Made by a program: the position numbers and the translations under genes. A stretch of 64,000 nucleotides of DNA. Source: Thermoplasmatota archaeon (GTDB lineage Archaea; Thermoplasmatota; Penumbrarchaeia; JANQNL01). The notes beneath the pieces were generated by a model. That model saw nothing but the letters and a program-made list of their open reading frames with translations. It was not told the origin of the DNA and did not search any database. This document shows, piece by piece, positions 1 through 9,195 of this stretch. The stretch's first letter is position 1. Each line of letters begins with the position of its first letter. Location of the stretch: the NCBI GenBank assembly GCA_028279585.1, contig JANQNL010000009.1, positions 9,024 through 73,023 on the forward strand, written 5' to 3'.

Positions 1-154
1 GCTCGTGGGCGAACTCATGGACACCAATGCCCTCTTCGATGCGGTAACGCTCTCCGGGTGTCAGAAGCTGTGGGTACCTGCCAGACCTCTTGATCCAGGC
101 AAGATTTGGACAAACCAAAGCGTCCAGGAAGATATCTTTGTCTATCCTACGCAT
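1..154 (-). CDS. N-terminal part of a protein running off the window edge; DUF2779/PD-(D/E)XK-like N-terminus
   Basis: Hand translation MRRIDKDIFLDALVCPNLAWIKRSG...RIEEGIGVHEFAHE resembles the K..FL....CP...W / G..V.E.A pattern; TATA-like TTATATAC about 25 nt upstream (leaderless). Confidence 0.5.
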   Translation of the reverse strand, partial: MRRIDKDIFLDALVCPNLAWIKRSGRYPQLLTPGERYRIEEGIGVHEFAHE

Positions 155-193
155 CGCTGGGGAATACGAGTGTTGGTGTATATAATTACTTAG

Positions 194-289
194 AAGTCCG
201 CGGCGGTTTCCTACGTCAGGGACAATGTATCGAAAACCTTGCGATCCAGCCGCGTCAGACAGTCGATGGCGATCTCGTCGCGCGGACTT
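194..289 (-). ncRNA. Candidate structured RNA motif, copy 1 (homologous to 61632-61723)
   Basis: Shares GCGAC..ATCGAC-N7-CGCGGC-N9-AGGTTT..GAYACAT..GTCC..TGACGNAGGAAACC with the 61.6 kb copy; closed by a 9-bp inverted repeat AAGTCCGCG/CGCGGACTT. Confidence 0.5.
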
Positions 290-302
290 GCCAAGAATTG
301 CA

Positions 303-938
303 TCATTTCGTTCTCTTCTTTCCTGGCAAGTAGCCTTCAGCGTGCTGCAGATAACGCTCTATCTCATCATCCGAGATACCATAAGCTTCCTTCAGCCCTG
401 TCCGGATAGTGTTGAGATATCGCTCCCCCGGAGGGTTCAGGACTATCTCATCATCATTCCACTTCGCTGTGAACGTGAAGATCGGGAAGCCTTCGTCGTC
501 ACCGAGGTACATGACCCGACCATAGTTCCTGGCAAAGTGTGGTGGTTCCACCATATACTGCCCGTTGCGCATGGCCTTAGTGAGGTTTATCTCGAGGTGG
601 GGGTCTGATGGTTCGAACCCGGACTCCTGCCTGATGACCTGGATGAACTGTGTCGGATTGAGGAGGTACATCCTGCCCAAAGTGACGACCTTGGGGTTAG
701 TCTGGGCTTTAACGAACGCACATCCTTTGTTCTCCCAGTTTGGAAAGTTCTTTGAAAAATACAGCTTATGGGGGATGACCAGGTTCCTGTCGTTCAGAGG
801 AGGTGTCTTGTCAGTACATCCCTGGTGAGAATGGGTGGAGCCGCTAGGCCTTCCTCCGACTATGTAACACATGAACCTGTTGAGGCTCAGATTGGAGCCA
901 TAGCTAGCATACCACACAAGGTCCGGCACGATATCCAC
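303..938 (-). CDS. Gamma-glutamylcyclotransferase-like fold protein
   Basis: N-terminal WYASYGSNL motif and C-terminal P...YL..I..G helix typical of GGCT-like proteins. Confidence 0.7.
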   Translation of the reverse strand: MDIVPDLVWYASYGSNLSLNRFMCYIVGGRPSGSTHSHQGCTDKTPPLNDRNLVIPHKLYFSKNFPNWENKGCAFVKAQTNPKVVTLGRMYLLNPTQFIQVIRQESGFEPSDPHLEINLTKAMRNGQYMVEPPHFARNYGRVMYLGDDEGFPIFTFTAKWNDDEIVLNPPGERYLNTIRTGLKEAYGISDDEIERYLQHAEGYLPGKKRTK

Positions 939-994
939 TCTTTCAACAATGTGGGTAGTAAAGTAACCTTCGGTGAGATTTCCAGTGTGGAGGC

Positions 995-2584
995 CTATAT
1001 GAGCCCCATGACCATGGCAAATCCACCGATAATGGTCAACAGCATCAGGACCAGGATCACTCGGGCGAACCAGCGGTGGGTGGTGCCTATCTTCTGTGCC
1101 TTATCCCCAACCTTTGTGATCAGGATACCGAACACTGCTGTTGTTATCAGAAGAAGGACAACCAACGCTCCAAGGTAAGCGTGTGGAACCCTGAAGTGAC
1201 CCTGTCCCTGAAGCATTGCGAAAGCGTTGATGATGCCTAGAACGCCAGAGATCCCTCCGGCGACTATCAGGCCGTGATGGGCCTTCATCCACCAGTCATT
1301 CTTGCCTTTGAACCGAGCCATCACTAGGGCACCGACGAAACAGAGCAGAGCCAATATCATGAAGCCAGCATGGACCGGCCATAGGTTCGGGGCGGTGGTG
1401 TCCTCTGCCTCTCCAGAACCGAAGTTGATCTCACCTGTCCCTCTGGAAGTGTGGCCCTGGACAAAGTCGTCACCGCCGGAGATGGCCCATATGATCTTGA
1501 CCTTTCCGTCGGCCGGGATGTCCTTGTCGAATCCATCGGATGACACTAATTTTCGTTCGAACTCGATGGTGGTGATGGAGCCATCGGTGGTGCCGCCGAA
1601 GGCAAGGATGTCATCTGTGCCTCCTAAGGAGATGTCCGATGGATGGTCACCGAAGGGTTCTGTTCCGTAGGTGTCCTCGACCAGGACGTTCCCTTCAGAG
1701 TCCACAGAACCAATGATGATGTCCGCGCCCTTCATGGCTGTAGTGGGGTCGAACCCGATCGCAACCCAACCATCGGTCTGGCCCACCATCGCCATCTTGA
1801 TCATGGTGCCAGAGATAAGCCAGTGGTAGGTGACCTTACCGTCACCAAAGGACGCTGTGTGTTCGTACTCGAACTCGGAGATGACGCCGTCAAGGGTTTG
1901 CTTCGGGTTATCGGGTTCTGTTTTCGTGTTCGGAACATCGACGATGGTGAAGGTGTGATTGTAGTAAGCTGTCTTGTAGCCCGTCTTTGAGGCAGTTATT
2001 CTCAGGACCTCTGTGAAGTTCATGAAGATCGATGGAGCGTTGTAGGTGAACGAGTACATCCCATCGCTATCGTCCTCTGTGTCGAACCCGCTGCTCCAAT
2101 CCCCTATCGCTGTGACCTCAGCACCTTCTAAGGATGTGGAGTCGGATGAGAGGTGGACCTCGAACTCCTGGGACGTCTCCTCATCGATGCTCGTTATCTG
2201 GGGGAAAAGCATGATGTCTATTGTTGGAAGACCAGTGTCATCCGGGATGATGAGAGTCTCCGAGTCCGTTCCAGCGAGGTTGCAGGTGGCATCCACCTTG
2301 ATGGTATCCCCGGGTCCTGCCATTATCGTGTACTCGTAGGAGAATGCGCTAGTGGTAGGTTGGGATGTGTAGTCCTGCTCATGGACCAGGGCGTCGTTGA
2401 CGTAGACCTCCACCTTCTCGATGTAGTGGGTGGAAGTTGAGGCCACCGAGTGGGTGATGGTTACGTTGAGGATGTCCGTGTCCTGGTCGTAGGTGAGGGT
2501 TACAGAGGATGGGGAATGAGCCTGGGCTGTTGGTATGAGAAGTACAAGAAGCGATAACGCAGGGATGATGGCCCACTCCCTCAT
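995..2584 (-). CDS. Exported SOR/desulfoferrodoxin-like domain + Ig-like spacer + DOMON + cytochrome b561 membrane domain
   Basis: Signal peptide; HSP..THSV..HYIEKV..CNLAG; DOMON motif GWVAIGF..MKGADII..FERKL..IIWA..H; four TM helices with His (HAGFM, HHGL, HAYLG, HRW). Confidence 0.75.
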   Translation of the reverse strand: MREWAIIPALSLLVLLIPTAQAHSPSSVTLTYDQDTDILNVTITHSVASTSTHYIEKVEVYVNDALVHEQDYTSQPTTSAFSYEYTIMAGPGDTIKVDATCNLAGTDSETLIIPDDTGLPTIDIMLFPQITSIDEETSQEFEVHLSSDSTSLEGAEVTAIGDWSSGFDTEDDSDGMYSFTYNAPSIFMNFTEVLRITASKTGYKTAYYNHTFTIVDVPNTKTEPDNPKQTLDGVISEFEYEHTASFGDGKVTYHWLISGTMIKMAMVGQTDGWVAIGFDPTTAMKGADIIIGSVDSEGNVLVEDTYGTEPFGDHPSDISLGGTDDILAFGGTTDGSITTIEFERKLVSSDGFDKDIPADGKVKIIWAISGGDDFVQGHTSRGTGEINFGSGEAEDTTAPNLWPVHAGFMILALLCFVGALVMARFKGKNDWWMKAHHGLIVAGGISGVLGIINAFAMLQGQGHFRVPHAYLGALVVLLLITTAVFGILITKVGDKAQKIGTTHRWFARVILVLMLLTIIGGFAMVMGLI

Positions 2585-2652
2585 GCGTATGCATTGATGG
2601 GGTCGTTTATAAGATTGATGTTCTTAGTGTTCACGGCAAGCTTAGGATGAAA

Positions 2653-2961
2653 CTAATCCTCTTCTTCCTCTTCGATCTCACCGATGCATACGGAGTTTGG
2701 GTCCATCTTGCCAGTTGACTTGTTGATATCGAAACTGAAATCGTGACCTCCCCCGGAGGTGGGGGCCATGTCGACATAGATCTCTTCTGTGGTCTCGGTT
2801 ATGGTTATCCGTGAGTCCTTTGTGAGCTCTTCCAGTCCATAGCTCAGGTCACCATAGGCTCCAAGGTCACCACCTTCTTTGAGAGCCTTGTCAACTATCT
2901 GGATCAGTTCATCATCGGGTGTCTCTGGTCCTTCCTCGTGGATGATAACTACATTGTCCAT
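2653..2961 (-). CDS. Small acidic hypothetical protein
   Basis: 102-aa ORF with a leaderless-type TTTTAT about 22 nt upstream; no family recognised with confidence. Confidence 0.6.
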   Translation of the reverse strand: MDNVVIIHEEGPETPDDELIQIVDKALKEGGDLGAYGDLSYGLEELTKDSRITITETTEEIYVDMAPTSGGGHDFSFDINKSTGKMDPNSVCIGEIEEEEED

Positions 2962-2997
2962 GCTCGGTCATGGTCGTGTGAAGATAAAAGCTAGACC

Positions 2998-3705
2998 CTA
3001 CAGCATGAGTCCGGTCATCATTGTGAACGAGAAGAACAGCAGCAGTACTATCAGCAGTATCATTCCACCGGAGCCAATGGAACCAAGGACGATGCCTGCG
3101 ATGGCCTTGCCTCTTCCTCTCAAGCCGTAGGACACTCCACGCATGGCCTTGATGCCAGTGACGATGCCACCGATACCCATTGAACAACCGAAAAGCAGGA
3201 AGAAGAAATTGGTCCCGCAGCAGTAGGAGCACGTCTCGATATCGTTGGGTCCCATGTCCCCACCCAGTGCAGAAAACATTATCAAGATGATGAGCGAAGC
3301 GATGGAACCGACCACGGCCACAGCAGAACCCATGGACATGATGCCAAGGACCAGGGATGCTGGAGCGTAGGGTGTTTGTGGTCTTGGTCCTGGAGGCCAC
3401 TCAAGCTGGGGAGTTTGAGGAGGAGGTGTCTCTGGTTCATCTATGATGATGCCATCGTCTTCCTCGACGATCTCCTCGCTTAACTGTTCCGAGAACATCT
3501 CCTCTGATGGTGGAGTGTACTCCAGTGAAGGATCGTACCCAGGCACAGCTTGGGTCTCGGTCTCTTGAGGATCGGATGGTAACTCATCCTGTTCAACCGG
3601 AGCTTCTGTCTCAGGAAGGTCTTCAAGCTCTGGCATGCCCTCTACTTCATCGAGTTCGTCCTCAACGGCGGACAGCTCTTCTGTGCTGGGCTGTTCACCC
3701 TCCAT
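2998..3705 (-). CDS. DUF4190-like membrane protein with an acidic disordered N-terminus
   Basis: ASLVLGI...GIVTG..A....GRGKAIAGIVLG pattern. Confidence 0.65.
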   Translation of the reverse strand: MEGEQPSTEELSAVEDELDEVEGMPELEDLPETEAPVEQDELPSDPQETETQAVPGYDPSLEYTPPSEEMFSEQLSEEIVEEDDGIIIDEPETPPPQTPQLEWPPGPRPQTPYAPASLVLGIMSMGSAVAVVGSIASLIILIMFSALGGDMGPNDIETCSYCCGTNFFFLLFGCSMGIGGIVTGIKAMRGVSYGLRGRGKAIAGIVLGSIGSGGMILLIVLLLFFSFTMMTGLML

Positions 3706-3738
3706 GAGGATAGATAAGCAGTATTGGTATATGTAGAT

Positions 3739-4017
3739 TCATCTGTCGGGGATGAGCTTGAAGAAGCGTCCTTCCTCTTCAGATACCTTATGGAAGAATT
3801 CGCATTTGACGCAGTGGGCGAGGCTTTTGCATCTGATGCAGGAACCATCACTGTCAAAACCAGAGATGTACCAGCAGACGCGACCACCGTTGGTCCCACC
3901 GTTGATGCCGTTGAACTCTTTACTGTTAGGAGCTGGACAGGGGCCAAGCTCGTCCACCTTGTTGCCATCAGGTTCACGGCTGCATTTGTGAAACTCCCAG
4001 CAGTTCAATTTTGCCAT
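3739..4017 (-). CDS. Two-CW-domain Cys-rich small protein
   Basis: MAKLNCWEFHKC.RE..G..CPA...NGG..GGRVCW...C..CEFF; paralog of 4991-5308. Confidence 0.72.
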   Translation of the reverse strand: MAKLNCWEFHKCSREPDGNKVDELGPCPAPNSKEFNGINGGTNGGRVCWYISGFDSDGSCIRCKSLAHCVKCEFFHKVSEEEGRFFKLIPDR

Positions 4018-4087
4018 CGTCTCGTGGACATGATACTTGTTATTTAACCATTGTGAAAAGAAAAGTGAAGTGAGGGTGCTGTGACCC

Positions 4088-4945
4088 TCACTTGAACGGG
4101 ATCTGTATCTCCTTGAGGATGTCTGCTTCCTCCACATCCTTGGGGTCGTTGAGGTACAGTTCCCTGCAGGGACCGTTGACAGTGTATCCCTTCTCCTTCA
4201 TCCATTTGAACGCTACAGCGTAGGCTTCGCCTACCTGATTGTAGGGGCCTTTGTGGATGATGGATATCATCTTCATAGCTGGGAGGGTCTTGACCTCCAT
4301 ATCTTTGTCTACTTCGATCTGTCCTTTTATCGGTACACAGACCTCGATGTCCGCGTCGTCACAGCCAGCCTTGTCCTCGTTGTCGTGGTATATGGACATG
4401 GGCGGGCCAGTGAACTGCAGGTCCGGGTTGGAGAGTTGCTGTCTACCTACGGTTGAACAGACGGCCATGATGAGGTTACCTATGGTGGGATCGTAGCTTC
4501 CTATCTCTCTTTTGCTGACGACCCTGATGGCCGCCACTTCCTTGATCTCAGGGGTGTTCTCTTCCATGTTAACAACCTTCATGAAACTTCCATCTTCTAG
4601 TGATCCCCGTACTTCTTCCATGCGCTTGAGCTCTGCGTCGAGGTTCTGTATGTGTTGTTGAACTACATCGTCGAACTTTCCTTGGTCCTCGGTTTGGATA
4701 GCCTCCATCATCTGTTTCATTTCGCAGAGGCCGAAGCCGAGGTCACTGAGGTTTTTGAGCTTGATGGCCATCGGTATCTGTTCGTAGTGGTAGTACCTGT
4801 AGCCTGTTATCTCCTTGAACTCAGGCTTCAGAAGGTCCTTCTCATCGTATAGCCTTAGGGCTCGCTTGCTGAGCCTGGTTATCATGGAGAACCATCCGAT
4901 ATTGAGAAGACCATCACGTCTTGACATGGGGACCGAGATGTCCAT
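4088..4945 (-). CDS. MerR-family regulator with a GyrI-like effector domain
   Basis: IGWFSMITRLSKRALRLYDEKDLLKP..TGYRYY MerR HTH; C-terminal HKGPY..GPCRELYLNDP. Confidence 0.9.
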   Translation of the reverse strand: MDISVPMSRRDGLLNIGWFSMITRLSKRALRLYDEKDLLKPEFKEITGYRYYHYEQIPMAIKLKNLSDLGFGLCEMKQMMEAIQTEDQGKFDDVVQQHIQNLDAELKRMEEVRGSLEDGSFMKVVNMEENTPEIKEVAAIRVVSKREIGSYDPTIGNLIMAVCSTVGRQQLSNPDLQFTGPPMSIYHDNEDKAGCDDADIEVCVPIKGQIEVDKDMEVKTLPAMKMISIIHKGPYNQVGEAYAVAFKWMKEKGYTVNGPCRELYLNDPKDVEEADILKEIQIPFK

Positions 4946-4990
4946 GGAAGTAGATATATCTAAAGGGGCGAAGAGTGACGCGGGGGAGGG

Positions 4991-5308
4991 TTACTCAGAA
5001 TCACATTCCTTCTCGTCATCAGGTATAGAAATGAAAAACCGTCCCTCTTCTTCCGATACTTGGAGATAGAATGGACATTTTAGACAATTCAGGAATTTTT
5101 TAACGAACGTTCCCTGAACCTGACCACCACATAATGATCCAGCGATGTACCAACATATTCGCCCTCCACACTTTCCATCATTAATGCCATCATGGTCATC
5201 AGCTTTAGCAACTGGACAAATACCTAGTTCATCGGCATTCTCTCCTCCAAGTTCACGGCCACATTTCATGACCTCCCAACAGTTCTTCTTCTTTTTGTCG
5301 TTCTCCAT
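4991..5308 (-). CDS. Two-CW-domain Cys-rich small protein
   Basis: KKNCWEVMKCGRE..CPVA..GGRICWYIAGSLCGG..CLKCPFY..V.EEEG. Confidence 0.8.
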   Translation of the reverse strand: MENDKKKKNCWEVMKCGRELGGENADELGICPVAKADDHDGINDGKCGGRICWYIAGSLCGGQVQGTFVKKFLNCLKCPFYLQVSEEEGRFFISIPDDEKECDSE

Positions 5309-5424
5309 AGAAAAAGATGTAAACGGTAGCCTAAAAACCTTACTATTTGCTCTGTATGTTTACTTATCAATCATATCATAGCACGCTTGATCAATAAAGT
5401 CTCATTACGAATTAGAACGGGAGT

Positions 5425-6093
5425 TCATTCTACATGCACGGTGTGGTCGACATATGCCATCTCCATCTTCCTTGTGTGAACAGAAACTTCGGTTCGGTCT
5501 CCAGAGTTTAGAACGAAGTTTGGTTTCCCTGGTTTACCACTCATGGTGAAAATGATACTGTCCCCAGGTTTGGTCATGTAATTGGTCGAAGCACTGAAAT
5601 CGTTCCCGTTGATGGAGGACGCATCAAGGTGTATCTTGAGATCAGTTCCTGGGACCTCCATCCAAACGGTGTAATTACGCCAATCTATGTTAGCTCCGCC
5701 TTTATGCTCAATCTTGATGACCTCGTCTCCAAAATCGAACTCAGGATTACCGTCCCCATCAGTGTCACCCAATGTGGCTGACCCGGGAGCATCCGTGATA
5801 TGAAGTGAGATCTTGGGACCATCAATATCGAGGTTATCAGGAACCCTGGTGGTCCAAATGAACAGTATCAAAGAGGCTATGATCGGTAGAAGGACCAGAA
5901 GGCTTACGATGCATCCTAGAACACCTGTGCTCACACCTGCTAGAGCCATCCCTTTTCCCTCGATGGTCGCGTCCTTTTTGATATCACTGAGGCTGCTCAT
6001 ACCAAAGAGAACTGCCAGAACCCCACAGATAAATCCAATGAAAATGGTCCAGCAGGTCACCAATGATGTGATGCCCAGGACCAAAGATGGCAA
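5425..6093 (-). CDS. DUF4190 membrane domain fused to an archaeal pilin-like globular domain (start uncertain)
   Basis: SLVLGI..GVLAVLFG..GKGMALAG; C-terminal I.H.GG..IDW..PGD pattern of archaeal type IV pilin-like domains. Confidence 0.6.
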   Translation of the reverse strand: MPSLVLGITSLVTCWTIFIGFICGVLAVLFGMSSLSDIKKDATIEGKGMALAGVSTGVLGCIVSLLVLLPIIASLILFIWTTRVPDNLDIDGPKISLHITDAPGSATLGDTDGDGNPEFDFGDEVIKIEHKGGANIDWRNYTVWMEVPGTDLKIHLDASSINGNDFSASTNYMTKPGDSIIFTMSGKPGKPNFVLNSGDRTEVSVHTRKMEMAYVDHTVHVE

Positions 6094-6172
6094 GGAACGA
6101 GGATGCCTTGAGATGATATCACCCGAGAAGGCAAAGGGTGTATGTGTATATTGCTGTTTTCAAACAATGGGA

Positions 6173-6976
6173 TCACCGTACTATCACTGCTTCTTCCTTG
6201 TACGAGGCTAGACCGTTGTACTTGACGATAACGTCGATGAGAGCTCCTGTGTTAAGATTATAGTTGTCTCCACATCTGAAGGTGATGATATCACCTGTAC
6301 GGGTTACCGTGTTTTGCCATGTGCAATCAACACCATTTATCTTGTGCGGACCCAAGGACCGGAACCCTTCCCATCCCCAGGCCATGATCGCTACATCAAA
6401 ATCGCTCCAGTCGATCTCGTCACCGCCTATCTGGGTGATCGCTATGATCACATCATTAGCTATGAACTCAGACAAACCATCGCTGTCTGTGTCAGCTCCA
6501 GTTGCTGACTCTGCAGCATCCTTTATCCTTAGCTGCAGTCTCGGTGCTGTAACGACCTCGTTCTCTTCACCTGTTGGGATAAAAGAACCGACGGTGTCCA
6601 ATGGGTCCTTGATCGTCGGAGTGTACAAAAACGCGGTCGTTGCTCCAGCACCTATCAAGAAGAAAATGACGAGGATGCTCATCACGATGCCCAAAAGACC
6701 CGTGAACATCGCTGTGTAGCACCAACCGATCCCAGAGAATCCTCCGCCTGCGTAGTCGATCTCCTTTCTCGCGTTCTTGCTCTTTTTGATAGCAAGAATG
6801 CTCAACGGTATCGATACGAACACCAGGAAGCACAGTACTAGGCTTAGGATACCCATTACTGCAGCAGGGACAGCATCTGGATGTCTCTCCATCGACTCAA
6901 CCAAGAATATATTGGAGCCGGAAATATATAGGATTTCTGGTACAGCTTTCGGACTTTCGGCGACCCCTGCTGTCAT
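6173..6976 (-). CDS. DUF4190 membrane domain fused to an archaeal pilin-like domain (tandem paralog)
   Basis: RHPDAVPAAVMGILS.. TM region; DTDSDG and ITQIGGDEIDW..TGDII match the downstream paralog. Confidence 0.65.
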   Translation of the reverse strand: MTAGVAESPKAVPEILYISGSNIFLVESMERHPDAVPAAVMGILSLVLCFLVFVSIPLSILAIKKSKNARKEIDYAGGGFSGIGWCYTAMFTGLLGIVMSILVIFFLIGAGATTAFLYTPTIKDPLDTVGSFIPTGEENEVVTAPRLQLRIKDAAESATGADTDSDGLSEFIANDVIIAITQIGGDEIDWSDFDVAIMAWGWEGFRSLGPHKINGVDCTWQNTVTRTGDIITFRCGDNYNLNTGALIDVIVKYNGLASYKEEAVIVR

Positions 6977-7062
6977 CTTTTATATGCTCATATTCAATGC
7001 TTCAACCCAATGAGAGGTGTTACGAAGTGAGCTATTTATACAATGAAATTGAATCTAGCATC

Positions 7063-7254
7063 ATGGCATCCGAGGATCTTGAAAAGAAGATGGACCTTGT
7101 CCTTTCCAAGCTAGATCACATTGAAAGAATGCTTTCCATCGAAGAATCGATACCAGAAGAGGACGAGCTTGAAGCCATTCTTGACTATATTCGAAGAAAG
7201 AAGGCTGGCAAGTTAGAGTTCCACCGACTAGAGGATGTTATCGATGACATATGA
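7063..7254 (+). CDS. Putative antitoxin upstream of RelE
   Basis: 63-aa acidic ORF overlapping relE; leaderless TATTTATA promoter at about 7033. Confidence 0.65.
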   Translation: MASEDLEKKMDLVLSKLDHIERMLSIEESIPEEDELEAILDYIRRKKAGKLEFHRLEDVIDDI

Positions 7255-7495
7255 TGTTCTAGTTGAGAAGAAAGCCCTGAAACAACTTAAAAAGGCTCCC
7301 TTTGATCATAAAGAAAGGATCAAGGAAACATTGGCAGGGCTCTCTGAGTTCCCTGAAGATCTTGATGTCAAGAAACTGGTCTCTACAGGTAATAGATATA
7401 GAATACGAGTGGGTACATGGCGGATCATCGTTGAGATCAATGACACTACTATCAGAGTGATAGCTGTTTTACCGCGAAAGAAGGCATACAAATGA
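7244..7495 (+). CDS. relE: RelE/ParE-family toxin
   Basis: Y.V...KA.KQL..; DVKKL..RYRIRVGTWRIIVEI...PRKKAYK. Confidence 0.85.
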   Translation: MTYDVLVEKKALKQLKKAPFDHKERIKETLAGLSEFPEDLDVKKLVSTGNRYRIRVGTWRIIVEINDTTIRVIAVLPRKKAYK

Positions 7496-7686
7496 ATCCT
7501 GAATTAGAAAAAGAGGTCTTGAGAGAGTTGAGATCGATACGGAGAGAGGTTCGCCTTATTCGGGAGCATATGGATATCGACGATGAATTGCTAACACCAG
7601 AAGAAAAACGACTCGTCAGGGAAGGTCTCCGAGATCACGAGGATGGTCGATCGACACCTCTAAGTGATATCGATCATGATCAATAA
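7492..7686 (+). CDS. Second antitoxin-like small protein
   Basis: Overlaps the relE stop; LTPEEKRLVREGLRD.E.G...L pattern typical of archaeal antitoxin C-termini. Confidence 0.55.
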   Translation: MNPELEKEVLRELRSIRREVRLIREHMDIDDELLTPEEKRLVREGLRDHEDGRSTPLSDIDHDQ

Positions 7687-7690
7687 GGAC

Positions 7691-8002
7691 TCAATCCTTA
7701 TACTTCACAACGCTAGGCTTTCCGTCCTTTAGTCCTATGAACGTACCAGGCTCACTGAGGGTTATCTTCATCTTCCTTTTCCCCCAGCTCATCTTGTCCA
7801 CCGGAATGTCAAAATGCTTGATCCTGAAGATCTTTGATTCGACGTAACCCTTTGTTACAGTATCGTCCGCGTGGTCGAAGACAAGCTCGCACCAGCGTGG
7901 TTTGATGCCACCGCCTTCCATGAGGACAGTGACTGCGAGGACGTTCTCGACTGTGACGGGGATGGGGTCGATGGTCACCCCATAACGATCTACTCTAGAC
8001 AT
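7691..8002 (-). CDS. Hypothetical protein (103 aa)
   Basis: ORF from MSRVDRY; the upstream part of the track ORF looks non-coding. Confidence 0.55.
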   Translation of the reverse strand: MSRVDRYGVTIDPIPVTVENVLAVTVLMEGGGIKPRWCELVFDHADDTVTKGYVESKIFRIKHFDIPVDKMSWGKRKMKITLSEPGTFIGLKDGKPSVVKYKD

Positions 8003-8283
8003 ACGTTCGGGATGGCATAGGTTTGGGATATGGGTTTTGGTCACACCCTCGTATCGTACCCGTTCTTTTTGAGGTAGGAGTTCAACTCTTGAAGTTCTTT
8101 TCCGGGGTTCCATCCATCTTCTTGAGCAGGAACTTGCGAAGCTTCGGGTCCAACAATCTCTCCGGTGCATACATTGACAAGACTTTGGTGGCTACCACGT
8201 TCTCTGGTATCACTGTTATCTCGAAGTAATTGCCGGGAGACTTGTCAACGAAGATCCTTGTCTGGGAATCTTTCCTTATCTCG

Positions 8284-8781
8284 ATGTCGCTTGATGAGAA
8301 GAAACGCTGCCATTGCGGTGGTGAGTTGTCTGATCGTGGAGATAGTTACCAGTGCATGAGCTGTGGTGAGGAAACATCAAACACATCTGACTCAGGGGTC
8401 CTATCCCAGGATGAGATAGATGCCATCATGAACCCAGCTGCAGACGAGTATTATTCAAGTGGGAACGTGGACGCACCTAGAGCTGCCGTAGAAAAGATCC
8501 GAGCAGGCATCAAGGAGCCTGAAATGGACGTCAAACCCAGGATCGTCAAGATGATACCGTTCCACTGTAAAAAGGGTGCCAAGTACTGCGAGAAATGCGC
8601 GGCAGCTGCAGCTGACGGTCCGAAGTTCCATCTCATAGAGATTGGTGGTGATGGGGTGTCGGCTAGTCCGATGATAGATTGGGATGGTGTACAGGTCGAG
8701 TTCGTCGTCAGAAAGTTATTTGTTCGGGACGAGGACGCCTATGCGTATGCCAAGGAGCAGGGCTTGAAGATCATTGATTAG
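8284..8781 (+). CDS. Zn-ribbon protein containing an LSQDEIDA peptide
   Basis: CHC..CMSC ribbon, GVLSQDEIDAIM, second HC..CEKC cluster. Confidence 0.6.
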   Translation: MSLDEKKRCHCGGELSDRGDSYQCMSCGEETSNTSDSGVLSQDEIDAIMNPAADEYYSSGNVDAPRAAVEKIRAGIKEPEMDVKPRIVKMIPFHCKKGAKYCEKCAAAAADGPKFHLIEIGGDGVSASPMIDWDGVQVEFVVRKLFVRDEDAYAYAKEQGLKIID

Positions 8782-9149
8782 GAGAGCCATGCTTTGGCTT
8801 CATCGACCGAGGAATAGACCTTGGTCTTGACGCCACGATTGACGGTTACATTTTCCCAGAACTTCGCATCCTGAAGGTTCTCTTCAAGATCTATCACGGC
8901 GATGAAGAGCTTGGGAGGTGCTGTATCTGCAACTATCATACCTGACTCATAGTTGTCGAGGATCCCGAATCTCGTCTCAACCTTCGTGATGTCGATGATG
9001 ATCTTGTTCCTACCTGCCTCTTCGACCATTCTAAGGACGTTCTCAGTATACAATGCGAACTCTTCAAGATTCTCACAATGACCCTGGACGTTCACTTTAT
9101 AGATATCTCCGATTACTTCTGAGGAGTATTCCAACGGCACGCTGTTCAC
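8778..9149 (-). CDS. STAS/SpoIIAA-like small protein
   Basis: KIIID...KFWENVTVNRG...EAKAWL; tandem paralog of 9196-9570. Confidence 0.6.
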   Translation of the reverse strand: MNSVPLEYSSEVIGDIYKVNVQGHCENLEEFALYTENVLRMVEEAGRNKIIIDITKVETRFGILDNYESGMIVADTAPPKLFIAVIDLEENLQDAKFWENVTVNRGVKTKVYSSVDEAKAWLS

Positions 9150-9195
9150 CACTCCACTAGAAGAAACGGTACCCTGGAGTATAAAGATTTTGCAG

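Noticed and set aside
194-289. Hammerhead ribozyme (CTGACG..GAAAC)
   Set aside because: CUGANGA is not matched, there is no stem II between the motifs, and copy 2 has TTGACG.
8083-8290. Coding-like open stretch on the minus strand (..IRKDSQTRIFVDK..LRKFLLKKMDG..)
   Set aside because: It has no convincing start and no recognisable family; it may be a remnant but cannot be supported.
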